From contig OZ024745.1 of assembly GCA_964016885.1 (NCBI GenBank), positions 120,962,001-121,026,000 of the forward strand: a DNA stretch of 64,000 nt, read 5' to 3'. Shown piece after piece: positions 27,480 through 40,219 of this stretch; within the stretch, counting starts at the first letter, position 1; every line of letters starts with the position of its first letter. The notes below the pieces were generated by a model. That model was given only the letters and a program-made list of their open reading frames with translations, was not told the DNA's origin and did not search any database. The position numbers were made by a program, and so were the translations under genes. The stretch is from Eledone cirrhosa. Its lineage: Eukaryota.

Positions 27480-28480
27480 ATAAATAGTTTACTGGGTGGT
27501 TAAGACATGGTTTAGCTCTTCCTTGAGCAATCTGGATCTGGTGATTGGGGTCAATAGTAGATGTACGTTTTATTTGCATTCCAGCCGATGGGCTGAGGCC
27601 ATACTGGGGCACCGCCACTGATGCTACACTTTCTATAGCCAGCCTTCCCTGGTTGACCATTGATGCAAAAGGGAGGTTGTTACTGCTGCTCTTGTTTGTG
27701 CTTTGCCTCGTGCTGTAGGTTCATCAGGGACCTTGGTCAGTAGAATGTTGAGATGTCTCTTGTAAATATCTATATGCACACCATGTAGATTTCTCAGATT
27801 TTATGGCAGCGTATTAAAAATCTGGAGTCGCTTCAACCCCTGGCTATTGCAGTATGTGGTCCTTATTCTTGATGCAACAGGTGGGACCTTTGGCACTACA
27901 CAGTGACATCCTGTTCATTGGCTGGTCCTGCCTTCAATGCTGAAGTTTGGTGCTAACTCCTCCAGGATCTTCCATATGTATATCACTGTGTATATATCAC
28001 TTTCGTGTCATAAGAATAGCTTATGAAGGAGGCTGTCCGTATAACAGATGGCATGTCAGAGCCACCGCAAACAGTAGTGGCCCCACATCAGTTCCCTGGG
28101 GCATGCCTCTTGTTATTAACATTTCCTTTGAGATGGCTCTGTTGGCTGCAACAGTTTGTCTTCTATCTTAAGAAGTCATGAAGCCATTCACCTAGTTTTC
28201 CAGCTATGTAGTTTGTGACATATCATTCCATGATCAACCTTGTCGAAGGCCTTTGCAGAGTCGAGATATATCACATCGACATTTGAATGGTCATAATGCT
28301 TTAAGAGCTGCGTAAGACAATTTCGACACGGGCAAAAGCCATGTTAAGTGTCAGATCATTTTCCTCAAGAAAAGTAATCAGTTTGCTTCTGATGGTTTGT
28401 TCCATGACTTTGCTGATATATGAAGCCAGGGAGACAGGTCTGTAGTTTTGAGCATCTTCTCTACTTCCTCCTTTATAGTT
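27480..28480 (-). mobile_element. CR1-type LINE, decayed RT and 3' end
   Basis: KGGSREDAQNYRPVSL...KVMEQ, DSAKAFDKV and GMPQGT.VGPLLF motifs, with a C-terminal FNTLP.NLRN...VPDEP segment. Confidence 0.8.
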
Positions 28481-28739
28481 TATATTTGTCTGTATTTGTG
28501 ATTGTGATTGGCTTTGGTTTAATCTGAGTGTATTTATGTTCAAGTTAAAGCAATTGATGGGTCAATTGTTGAGAATAAGACGAAGATGAAGAAGTAGAAG
28601 AAAAGGAAGAAAAAAGAAAAAGAAGGCATTGAAGAGAAAAAGAGATAAGAAGATCATTATTGTGGTGAGTGTCCTAGGTGTAATAAATCTTCAATGAGAA
28701 GATGTCTTAATAGATGGATGCTAAGTACTAGGTTGATAA

Positions 28740-29770
28740 CAAATAAACTAATAAGGTAGACATTTACTTGGGTGTTTTAATTCAGATATAGTGAAAACAT
28801 TTGGTTATTGGATTAATTTATAAATTGCTAACTTGAGAAAGCAATATTAGGTGTAAGACTAGTTTTGTATATTTGTGGTGGGTGATTTATGGGTGTGTCC
28901 TCCACCATCCTGAATTTATAGAGATTCATTGATCTATTTTCTGCTGCAGATTAGCAGATGTAGAATAGGAAAGTTTAACGTTAAAGCAGTTACGGATTTG
29001 GTGATATTCATGGTTAGGTGGGAAGTGTTTTTCTAAGATTGTAAAATATTTTCTAGGTATTTATCCCTCGGTCTCTATGTTGCATGGTGCATTATACCAT
29101 GTGATTTTTCTTTTATGGCATCTATTTCTAGTTTTTTCTCTATTTTTATGGTTATTCTCAATTTGATGAGTGGTGTTAGTGTTATTAGTTGGAGGGAGTA
29201 CTATACCTACTACTACTGCTTATATGTTGTAGAATAGGATTGCTCTTGCTATTATTATGCGATTTTGGAGTATTATATTGTTGCCTAGGTGTGCCTGTAT
29301 ATTTCTCTGTGGTAGCATTATTTCGCAATTCAAGCCCAACACTATTAGAAATTTCAGTAGACTTTTAGTCAGAAAGGTTAGCAGGTGGAAGTACTTGTAT
29401 AGGTGTGGTTAAGAATGATTATTTATAGAAATAGGTGAATGTACATTTAAAGTTACCTCAGAGTTATGACATAAGAGGTTTTTATTTACATTATCAAATT
29501 GCCTGGTTGAGTTATTAGTGCCTATATTGTTAGTAGAGATGGAATTCGGTGCTAAAAGATTTATGGCATTCATTATTAGAAAGAGGATTAGTAGAGTTGT
29601 CGTTAGGTAATAAGTTCCTGTTTTCCACAGAGTTTGTATATCCAGAGTTAGTTCTAGATCTGGGGATTAAATTCACGGAGGAAGTTATAGTAGAAATAAG
29701 ATTATTAGAACAATTCTTGAGTACTAATTTTTTATGCTTCGTAGGTGTTGGGTCATTGCTACTATTCTTT
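28740..29770 (-). mobile_element. decayed Penelope-like (Naiad-type) RT C-terminal fragment
   Basis: Manual translation of 29159-28935 gives KRKITWYNAPC...KYFTILEKHFPPNHEYHQIRNCFNVKLSYS, resembling the PLE RKIIWFNPP...KHFP..H..HKIFN...KVSYS motif. One internal stop; Asn/Ser/Thr-rich region upstream. Confidence 0.7.
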
Positions 29771-29771
29771 G

Positions 29772-29805
<34 letters not shown>

Positions 29806-29807
<2 letters not shown>

Positions 29808-31500
29808 GTAGTATAATAAGTAAGGCAATCAAAGATATGAAGACGGGTAAGGCAGCCGGGCCTTCGGAAATAGTTGCTGAAATGCTGAAAGCATCTGGAA
29901 CGGTGGGACACACTATGGTCACCCGGATAGTAAACCAAGTCATACAGAATGGGGCCGTTCCGATGGACTGGCGTAGCAGCATCATCATTAACTGCTACAA
30001 GGGTAAAGGAGATGCTCTTGATAGGGGTATCTATAGAGGCATTAAATTAATCGACCAGGTCATGAAGGTCACAGAAAAAGTAATAACACAACTAATCAGA
30101 GAACGAATTGATCTAGATGAAATGCAGTTCGAGTTTGTGTCAGGTAAAAGTACCACAGACGCTCTTTTCATTGTACGACAACTACAAGAGAAGTACCTAG
30201 CTAAAAGTAAACTCTTATACTTAGCTTTTGTTGACTTGGAGAAAGCCTTTGACAGAGACCCCCGTTCCATTATCTGGTGGGCGCATAGAAAACTAGGTGT
30301 TGGTGAATGGCTTGTGAGAGCTATACAAGCCATGTATAAAGAAACAGTCAGCAAGGTTAGAATTAACAACGAATATAGTGAAGAATTTAGCGTAAAAGTT
30401 GGTGTTCATCAGGGCTCCGTTCGTAGCCCACTACTATTTATTATTGCCCTTTAGGCTATAACAGAGGAGTTCAAGACCAGCTGCCCATGCAGATGATATA
30501 ACGCTCATAGCTGAATCAATGGCTGAACTAGAGAAGAAATTCCAAACATGGAAGCATGGCCTAGAATCAAAAGGACTTAAAGTTAACTTGTCTAAGACTA
30601 AAGTTCTAGTTTGTAGGAAGGAAAATAGGGCACCAGTCCCATCTGGGAAATGGCCATGCTCAGTGTGTAGGAAAGGAGTAGGCAGAAACTCCATTTTATG
30701 TCCCAAATGCAAAGTATGGGTGCATAAAAGATGTAGTGGGATCACAGGTAAGCTAACTAAGAATATAGATTTTATATGTGGCCGGTGCTCTGGTGCAATA
30801 AGTAGCAGCAAGTGCCCACAGAATACTAGCTCATTCCATTGCACAGATGGTCCTATAGAAATAGTGGACACCTTCCGTTACCTGGGTGACAAAATCAGCA
30901 GTGGGGGAGGGTGCTCTGAAAGTACAGTAGCTAGAGTCAGAACGGGATGGAAAAAGTTCAGAGAGCTTATACCACTATTGGCCGCTAAAGGGTTCTCTCT
31001 AAAAATGAAAGGCAGGCTGTATGATGCCTGCATACGAACAGCAATGTTACATGGCAGTGAGACCTGCGTATTGTGTGCAGAGGATATACGCAGACTGGAG
31101 AGAAACAAAGCTTGCATGCTACGATGGATGTGTAATAGTAATATACGTGAACGGCAAAGCATAAACGATCTAAGGGAGAAATTAGAAATAAGAGGGATCA
31201 GATGTTGTTTACTCGAGAGAAGACTACGTTGGTACGGTCACGTAATGCGCATGAAAGACGACAGCTGTATAAAAAAGTGCAGGGCGATAAAAATAGACGG
31301 TAGCCCCGGAGTAGGCAGACCCAGAAAAACCTGGGACGACTTGATAAATTCCGACCTCACACACTTACACCTCTCCAAGACAATGTCACTGGACCGAGAT
31401 CTTTCGCGCTACAGTCATACAGAAGACCCGCCTTGCCTAAGTACAAAGCGAAACCTACAGTCAGGAGGCACCTCTAACTTTTAGCTTCCAGACCTTCCTT
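29806..31500 (+). mobile_element. RTE-clade LINE, RT through 3' end, with PHD-like finger
   Basis: ORFs 29549-30454 (AFVDLEKAFD, GVHQGS) and 30519-31484 (CSVC...CPKC..WVHKRC...CGRC, YLGD, RRLRWYGHV). The YADD region is damaged by a deletion. Confidence 0.93.
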
Positions 31501-31510
31501 TTCCACACCT

Positions 31511-31777
31511 TTATGTATGTCTCATTTTGATAACAGAATTCGTCCCACTCACGTTGCAATCTTCGATTGAAGCTATTGGTGCTGCTATCCTGCCTTTAAG
31601 CTCATTGAGGTTACTAGCTAATGGTGGAACAAAAACATGTTCCTTAACGTATCCCCATAAGAAGTCGCAGAGTGTCATATCCGGAAATCTTGGAGGATAA
31701 GAGTGTAAGGCCTTGTCTCGAAATCCTGCATGCCCTGTCCAGTGTTGTGGAAGGATGTCATTGAAGAAATCCAGCAC
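31511..31777 (-). mobile_element. Tc1/mariner-superfamily transposase C-terminal remnant
   Basis: HWTG...YPPRFPDMTLCDFLWGYVKEHVF is a decayed WPPRSPDLTPCDFFLWGY(L/V)K motif. Confidence 0.85.
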
Positions 31778-31813
31778 TGACGATTTGTTAAGCCTTCATT
31801 ACGTTCATTGATT

Positions 31814-31888
31814 GGTGACGCGTGTTTCGCTATTGATCAGCTCAAGGTTCGATCTGGCCTGACTCTGGAATCAAAAGTTCGTCAGACC
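31814..31888 (-). ncRNA. hammerhead ribozyme motif
   Basis: ggt-CTGACGA-acttttgat...atcaatagc-GAAA-CACGCG-TC-acc with a GUC cleavage triplet. Shares cagagtcagg in stem II with the 15294 copy. Confidence 0.7.
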
Positions 31889-31922
31889 TCTGCTGTTGTA
31901 ATGACAGAATTCTATCATTACA

Positions 31923-31981
<59 letters not shown>

Positions 31982-32128
31982 CAATTTAGATTCAGGCATA
32001 GTTGTATTAAAATTTCGTATTTCTGAAGAAATACAGTATGTTTAAAATAAATATTTAGAGAGTTGTAGCTATGCCAAAACACCAGCGACTAACGCCGTCT
32101 GGCGGTGTCCAGCAGAAGCAAGGGGGAC

Positions 32129-32176
32129 AATCGTGGATGTGCATTTCAGACTGAACTGGTTCTCATCAGCACGATC
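32129..32176 (-). ncRNA. hammerhead ribozyme motif
   Basis: gatcgtg-CTGATGA-gaaccagttcagtct-GAAA-TGCACA-TC-cacgatt: 7-bp stem I, weak stem II. Confidence 0.7.
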
Positions 32177-34649
32177 CCTCCCACACTTGCGACTGCTGGA
32201 CTTTGAAAACAGGTGAGAATATATGTTTTTCTCGTTTGTGTAAATGAGGTGATTAATCTTATTTGCATATGAAGCAGTTCAGTTAGATGTTTGTTCAATG
32301 GAACAGCCTGCTTGTGAAATTAGCATGCAAGTGGCTGAGCATTCTACAAACACGTTTTCCACACTTCCATGGGTTGGATGAGTTGTCATGGTCCAAGCAA
32401 CCTCATCTTTCTCAAACCTTCAATATTTGGCATGGTTGATATGGCAGGATGCCTTTCTTAAAGCCAACCATCTTACAGGGTGTACAGTCTGACACAAAGT
32501 GTGACAAGGCTGACCCCTTGAATTACAGGTACAACTCATTTTTGTCAGCTGAGTGGACTGAAGCAATGTGAAATAAAGTGTCTTGCTCAAGAACACAATG
32601 TACCACCTGGTCTGGGAACCAAACTCACAACCTTATGGTTATAAGCTGAACACCCTAACCACTACTATGCCACATGCCTTCCACAAAATATATATTACCA
32701 ATATAATAATTAAATAAATAATTAAGTAAATAAATAACAGTAAGAGTGTTGTATTCTGGGTAAACAAGTAGAGAAGAGGAGGTGGAAGAAAATAAGCAAA
32801 TATTATATAATTAAGTAGAGCAATAGCAAATATAGCCAGAGTGATGTTTATGTGTAGACAGGAAGTAGATTGAGAGGAGGGTTAGAGATCAGGGGTAGGG
32901 GGACATGTACTGACCTTTGGCGGGTTTTCTATCAGGTGTTAAGAACATGGGAAACTTTAGGTAAATATTATCTACTGTTGGTAGAGCAGACTAAGTAAAT
33001 AATACTGGTTCACATTGTTCATAATGGTGTTGACAGCTTAACAAGGTGTGAGGATGTCTCTATGTGTGTATATGTGTGTTGTGAAGTAACGTAGCTTATT
33101 GGTTAGAGTGTTCCAGCTCACAATCATAATTTCTTCTTCTTTACCCACTTACTCCTGGGAGGGTAATTGTGGCAGAATCCTTAACCCTTTAGCATTTAAA
33201 CCAGCTGTATCCGGGCCAGAATTCTCTCATCTCTTTCTGTTCAAACCAGCTGTAACCTGCCACTCATATTGATGTTAAGGTATTGTTCTCAAAATAAATA
33301 ATATCAAAATCTCATAGATTCTATATCATGTATATAATTATGTGAAGTAAACCTTTTACCATGAAAATATAATAGTATATATAGAGTAATGTAAATACTA
33401 AAGGGATAAGTATGCCTTAATGGCTCCTATTGTTCCGGCTGGAGCCCAAACTTTGGTTTCCAATTTCCAATGGTATATTGTGTCCTTGAGCAAAACACTA
33501 TTTCAAGTTGTTCCAGTCAACTTATCTGGCAAAAACAAGTTGTACCTCTTATTCAACAGGCTAATCTTGATGTGTCATACTGAATTTTACACACATAATG
33601 GGCACACATTTCTGTTGAATGCTCAGCTATGTGCATGCTAATTTCACAAGTAGGTGATTCCTTTGATCAAACAACACGAACATTCATTGTGTGTATGTTG
33701 CAGGGGCTGAAGGCATAATGACTTTTGAATTTGAGAGTGGTGACAACTTGAAGAGGCTTGAGAAAGTATGTTAGGCAATGAAATCAGAAAAGGATAAATA
33801 TAAAAATAAAATTTATTTGTCTGTCTCTCCCTTTCATACTTGATACTAAATCAGAAAGTATGAAGAAGACTCATCACATCACCACTCCCAACGTTTAACA
33901 ATATGAAGAATTTCATTGCTTTTTGCATAAAATAACAAACTCCTTCCCCCCACCTTGGATTCTCATTTATTTCACAATGTTTCAAGCAAATTATATCACT
34001 CTCTTATCCTTACTGCTGAGCTAACTGAGCAACTGTCTGAAGTATCAAAGAAACAATCCAGAGTTTACTGAGAAATTAATTTCCCATATGGAGGACTGTC
34101 ACAAACTGCAGTGTATTTTTTTATACCAATCTGTTTGAGGCCACTCCTGGTCTTATGATACAAAACTTCCAGTTTTAAGGTGATTATATTTAAATTAATA
34201 CATTTTCTCATAATTTTATGCAAGAAACCTTCCTTCAGTTACATTTGAAACACTATCTTTACAATGAAAAAGTTAACCATTTTACAATCCTAAGTTCCCA
34301 ACAGCTCTCTGGAGAATGGCTAGTTTATCTGAAATATATCAGGAATAATAAATATTACTGAAGTAACAAAATCTTGTTTCTCATTTTTCTTTCCCTTGAT
34401 TTTACTCGTTTTTACCTCTCTTGTCTGAATTTGTTGACAATCTTGTCTACATTGTAGCAACTTCCTAAACATACCCACTTTATTCCCTTACTGGTTTCAG
34501 TTACTGGTTTGCTGTCAGGCAGGGGCCCCACTTTCAACAGTTTTAGTCAATCATACCAACCCATGATCTATTGAGTTCTACTTCATTCTTCTTCAGTTGA
34601 TATGATCAACTAACTCCCCTCTCCAACGTATGGCCATGTTTACCTAGAG

Positions 34650-35464
34650 CAAAGGTTCTCAAACTTTTTGCCCCCCTCTCGGCCATGTAATAAACTCAGC
34701 TCCCCCAACCGTATTTCCAGAGAGACCTACCTACATGCAAATTGTAAATAATATATAATAAATAAAATCATTAATTTATATATAATAAACAATATAATAT
34801 ATACTATGTATAAATAAATATTATATATTTTTTTATTTTACTATATTTATATATAACTAGCAGTGGTACCTGGCGTTGCTCGGGATAAGGTATTTTGGAA
34901 TGCGGGCCGCCAACAGACCTAATCGTGGAAAAACTGCATGCCTGGACAATATGTAAAGAAAATAAACCAGATACTCTGATGGCTGGATAATCTTTAAGAT
35001 TTTCCTCGATGAAGCAGGAAAAATGCAGGTTTTCACCTAATGTGGGCCCTAGGAGATCAAGAAAATGAATTTTTTTTATGTGCATAATATGCCTTGAATA
35101 TGCTTTCGGGAAAATCGGCTAGACGTAACGCCTCAAAAGTGCCCTAAAAAGCTGAAAAAAATGAAGTTTTTCACCTAATGCGGGCCCCTAGGGGACCAAA
35201 AGTTGAATTTTTTAATGTGCATAACACTCCGTGAAACGTAAGTAATACATATGTAAAGTTTGAAAAAAATTGGTTAGGTACTTCTCAAGTTTTAGGGATT
35301 CAAACTCACAGACACACACAGGCAGACATCCTCAGTTTTATATATATATAATATGTATCATTTGATATTTAATATACTATTATATCATCTCTACCGCCCC
35401 ACCCATCGCCCCTTAGACCCCAGCACCCCCTGGACCTTCTTAACGCCCACTTTGAGAATCTCTA
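34650..35464. mobile_element. hAT MITE hosting the Helitron
   Basis: TIRs CAAAGGTTCTCAAA / TTTGAGAATCTCTA; degenerate 8-bp TSD acctagag/accaacag. Confidence 0.6.
34857..35350 (-). mobile_element. non-autonomous Helitron
   Basis: Minus-strand 3' end cccgagcaacgccaggtaccactgCTAG|T; 5' end TATATATAAAACTGAGGATGTCTG. Confidence 0.75.
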
Positions 35465-36480
35465 ACCAACAGTAATGCCCCCTTTTTAGGGAGGTACTTC
35501 TTAGGAGAGAGAAAATATGATAAAGAATTTACACACACACCCCCACAAACACACACAGTTTCTGCCGACCAAATTTCACTTACAAAGTATTAATCAACTG
35601 AAAGATGTGGTCGTAGACACTTGTAGGAGATGTTGTGCAGTGAAATTGAATCTCAACCCATATTACAAAACAAACTTTTTCACCACATAAGTATGCCACA
35701 GCAGAAGTTATTTTTTAAATAAACACAGGAGTTGCTTTAAGTAGTAGATTAAAAGCTGGACACCAAATGACATAATCCAATTAACTTTACTAGAGATAAC
35801 TAGAAGTGCAAACAAAGTGGAAAATTTGAAGTGTGTGAGTCCCAATGCAAATCATCATAATAATAGTTGATCACTATAATTTACAGTTGAGGAAATTGAG
35901 TAAGGTACCCTATCTAATTGGCTCAACTATTAATTCTAGTGATTGACTATTATTATGGTCATTTACATCGGGACACACACATTTTATTACAGATATTGTT
36001 TTCTGTAATAACCAGTTGACTGGTTCAAAAAGTAATGACAGTTGACGAAATATGCACAATGGTGGATTGGTAAATGCCAATGGACTGTAGTATTGATGCC
36101 AATTTGTATGGCTAGGTAAAATTAACTCTTCTGATTACAAACAACCCGAAACTATCTTTGGTTCCATGCTTCTATGAAACAACCATTTCTTTCAAAATAT
36201 TTATATTTAAATTTAAAACCTTTTATCGTAATTTTCATCAGCATCATCGTCGTTGTTTTCAACTTCGCTTTCCCTGCTTGACCCAGTCAGTAGTGAAGCA
36301 GGGTTACTGACCTCCCAGACAGACCAGGGATCTCTCTTACCTATGGTCTCACCTTCTACCGGGTGCACAGGAGAGATTGTTATGTCTTTGATGACACAAC
36401 TGGGAGGTCCTCTTAATCCTTTATTTGTCAAACTTTCTATGGCTGGATGCCCTTCCTATCACCAACCCCTTTACATCATA

Positions 36481-36934
36481 TACTGGATGTGTTTATCATG
36501 TAGATCACCATGTACTGGGTGTGTTTATCATGTAGATCACCATGTACTGGGTGTGTTTATCATGTAGATCACCATGTACTGGGTGTGTTTATCATGTAGA
36601 TCACCATGTACTGGGTGTGTTTATCATGTAGATCACCATGTACTGGGTGTGTTTATCATGTAGATCACCATGTACTGGGTGTGTTTATCATGTAGATCAC
36701 CATGTACTGGGTGTGTTTATCATGTAGATCACCATGTACTGGGTGTGTTTATCATGTAGATCACCATGTACTGGGTGTGTTTATCATGTAGATCACCATG
36801 TACTGGGTGTGTTTATCATGTAGATCACCATGTACTGGGTGTGTTTATCATGTAGATCACCATGTACTGGGTGTGTTTATCATGTAGATCACCATGTACT
36901 GGGTGTGTTTATCATGTAGATCACCATGTACTGG
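36481..36934. repeat. 32-bp near-perfect minisatellite, about 14 copies
   Basis: Unit catgtagatcaccatgtactgggtgtgtttat. Confidence 0.97.
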
Positions 36935-38312
36935 TGGATCATTCTCCAAATAAACTTACTTCAGATAACTGGTGCTAACAATCTCCTGTGAAGATGTGTG
37001 GCTGAGTGGTTAGAGAATTGGATTCGCAATCATGAGGTTGTGATTTTGATTCCTAGACTGGGCGATGCATTATGTCCTTGAGCAAGACATTTTATTTCAC
37101 ATTGCTCCTTCTGCCTAATGTTGCGACTGACAGATAGTATTAGCAATTAGAAAGACCAATGGAAACATTGTTTCCTCAGTCTGATTTGACAAGCTTCACC
37201 CCATTTGTTAAGCGAATGAGGTCTGGGATCTTGTCAATCAACTATCAATACAATCTCCTGCTTTCTATATATATATATCAGCGATGAAATATTTAGGAGA
37301 TCTGTGCAACACAATGAGAGGTTTTCTACTTATGTATGTATGGAGCCATAAGGGTGCCATCATGACATACATCTTGTCTTATATATTTTAAATCTGGCAG
37401 AACCCATCCTCTCTCCAGGTCTAAACACAGCCACTTTCAGAGTGATTGGGATAGAGAGAAAGGGGGATGTGAGAAAGAGATATAAAGGAAGAAGCAACCT
37501 CAGTACTGGACTAGCACTTCTTTTATCAACCTTGAAAAGATGAAAGGCAACGTTGACCTGTGAAGGATTTGAACTGAGAGCTCAGAGAGTCAGAGCCAAA
37601 ACAGCAAAGTATTCTAGCTGACATTTTAAGACTCTACCAATGCATTGCCTGAACCATGTAAATCAATGATCAAATACTTAGGGTATCTGAAGTGGCTTGT
37701 AATGGTTTTGAGCTGATATGAAATGTGTAGGTGTCACGACAAAAAAACACACAGTCCACGCTGTAATGTGGCCATGTAGGTAACACGGTAAAAAGTTCCC
37801 AGTCCACTCTGTAAATGTGGTTGGTGTTAGGAAGGGCATCCAGCCATAGAAAACCTGCCAGATAGTCCTATATGAGCGAGACACGATCACCTGACCAACC
37901 TTACCTAAAGTGGGACAACTCCCGTCTAACCCATGCTAGCGTGGAAGATGGATGTTAAACGATGATGATGATGATGATTTCTTTGCCTGCCACAAAAAAT
38001 CAGCAGCGGGATTGAAGTTCAAGTTAAGGCATAAACATAATACAATGAACTGAAAAGACTGTTGCACCCTCATATGAGGAATCAACAGGAGAGTCCATCA
38101 TATGGACGTACTGAAAAAACAGCACAGTACCTTCGAAATATATATAATAAAACATATATTTTGATTATGTGAATGTCTTCATTTATTAATATTTTGAATA
38201 ATATTAATAACTCCAGAAAACTTCTTGTAGAGTGCTTTTAATCTATTGTAAAACTATATTCATTGAGTAATCAATGAACCATATTAATCTTTGGTTATAT
38301 ATATATATATGT

Positions 38313-38820
38313 TTAGGGAGCTGCTTCTTCTGTTGACAAAGAAGGGTTTCTCCCTACGAATGAAAGGCCAGTTATATGATGCCTGTGTGAGATGCTCGAT
38401 GCTTAATGGTAGTGAGACATGGGCAGCAAATGCGACGGCTGGAGAGAAATGAAGCAAGCATGCTCTGTTGGATGTGCCATGTCAAAGTGCGTGAACAACC
38501 AAGGATAGACGAGTTGAGAGAGAAACTGTGTATAAAAGGAATAAATTGTGGTGTGCGGGAGAGAAGACTGCGTTGGTATGGCTATGTGATGCGCATGGAA
38601 GATGACCGCTGGGTAAAGAAGTGCAAAGGAATCCCAATGGAAGGAAGACGCAGTAGAGCAAGACCAGGAAAATCATGGGTGGAGGTGGTGAGATCTGACC
38701 TCATATCGCTGAAGCTCACAGAGGAGACGATGTGCAACCGTGACAAATGGTGAGATGCTGTGCTGAATAGGACCCGTCCCACCCATGCAAGCAGGGAAAA
38801 CCAGACATTAAATGATGATG
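38313..38820 (+). mobile_element. RTE LINE 3' fragment with (GAT)n tail
   Basis: RLERNEASMLCWMC...RRLRWYGYV, ending ccatgcaagc...gatgatg. Confidence 0.85.
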
Positions 38821-38968
38821 ATCATCATCATCATCATCACCATTTAATGTCTGGTTTTCCCTGCTTGCATGGGTTAAACAGCTGTAACTGTAAATTGAGT
38901 GTGATTTTTACAGCTGGATGCCCTTCCTAACACCAAATACATTTACAGTGTGAGACTGGATGGCACTG

Positions 38969-39744
38969 TTATGAGGAGGGACAGGCCAGTTGGCTGCGCC
39001 ATACTCTGCTTAAAGCGAAACTATAGTTTGGAAGCCGGGTAGTCCCAGTATATGGGAAGTCTGACCAGTTGGCCACACCAAGCCTTACACATAGTGGAAC
39101 CATGTTACTAGATGGTCATGTTATGAGCCAAGTCTGGCTAGATGGCCACGCCGTGCTTTGCACATATCAGGACCATTGCTGTGTTTTGGGATCTGGCTGG
39201 TCCCATTATAAGGGAGGTCTGGCTAGCTCACTGCACCAAGCCTTACTCATAGTTGAACCGTGGGTGGTGCCATTATGAGGAGGGTCTGGCCAATTGGCCA
39301 TGCCGTATCCTGCTCACATCAGAACCAGAATTTGGGATCTAGGCATTCCCACTATGAGGGAGACTGGGCCAGTTGCCCGTGCCAAGGCTCACTCATAAAG
39401 GAATTATAAGGGAGCTCTAGCCAGTTGGTCGCACCAGGCCTTACTCATGGTGGGGTCCTGGCTGGAACAGTTATGAGGAAGATCTGGCTGGTTGGTTGCA
39501 CCATTCCCTGCCCTCAACGGAACCATAATTTGGGAGCTGGGTTGTCCCATCATGAGAAAGGCTGGGCCCATTGGCCACACCAAGCCTTACTCATAAAGGA
39601 GCTGTGTCACCGAGTGGTCCAGATATGAGTCAAGTCTGGCCAGATGGCCATGTCTTACATTGCACATATCTGGACTGTTACTATATTTTGTGGTTGCATT
39701 ATGAGGCAGGTCTGGCCAGTTGGCCACACCAAGCCTTACTCATA
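38969..39744. repeat. degenerate array of 11 hairpin-forming units
   Basis: Core TATGAGGNAGGTCTGGCCAGTTGGCCACACCAAGCCTTACTCATA recurs every about 50-85 bp. Confidence 0.8.
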
Positions 39745-40219
39745 GTTAATCCTTTTACTAAATTACACAAACAACAATAACAAGCATTTTAAGATCATTT
39801 TCCCTGCTAAAGAATGGGTTAACTTTGTGGATTTCATTATAGATTTCATATTCCCCAAGGATTTATTTTTGAGACAATGTTTTACAGCAAGACACCCTTC
39901 CTGGTACAACATAAAGCAATATATTTCATTAGAAATATGATCTCAAAAATGTCATATAATTCCTTTTCCTCAATCATTTGCAAGCCAGCATAGAATGTTA
40001 TCTTAGCAAATACATTTTCATAACTAATGGAAGCCTTGCTCTCAAATTTTAGAGTTTGCAACAAAGTTATACTTGTTGCTTTAAGTCTTAATGTCCTGTA
40101 GTGCATGAAAGACAATCTTGAAAAATACTAGACAGTGCTACACCTGTTTTACATTAAAAATTAAAGACTTTACTTTAGCTTACTGCAAACTGTCCACTAA
40201 AAAAGATACTAAACACCCC

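Noticed and set aside
32085-32218. CpG-rich patch with CAG|GTGAGA, first read as a plus-strand first exon or CTCF site
   Set aside because: Better explained as a pLTR-like island with a minus-strand hammerhead; no downstream plus-strand exons were found.
36481-36934. CRISPR-like periodicity (32-bp unit; also the 40, 48 and 74-bp arrays and 38969-39744)
   Set aside because: No unique spacers between identical repeats, no cas genes, and a eukaryotic context.
39882-40115. 77-aa minus-strand ORF with a plausible acceptor
   Set aside because: No recognisable protein similarity and no convincing donor.
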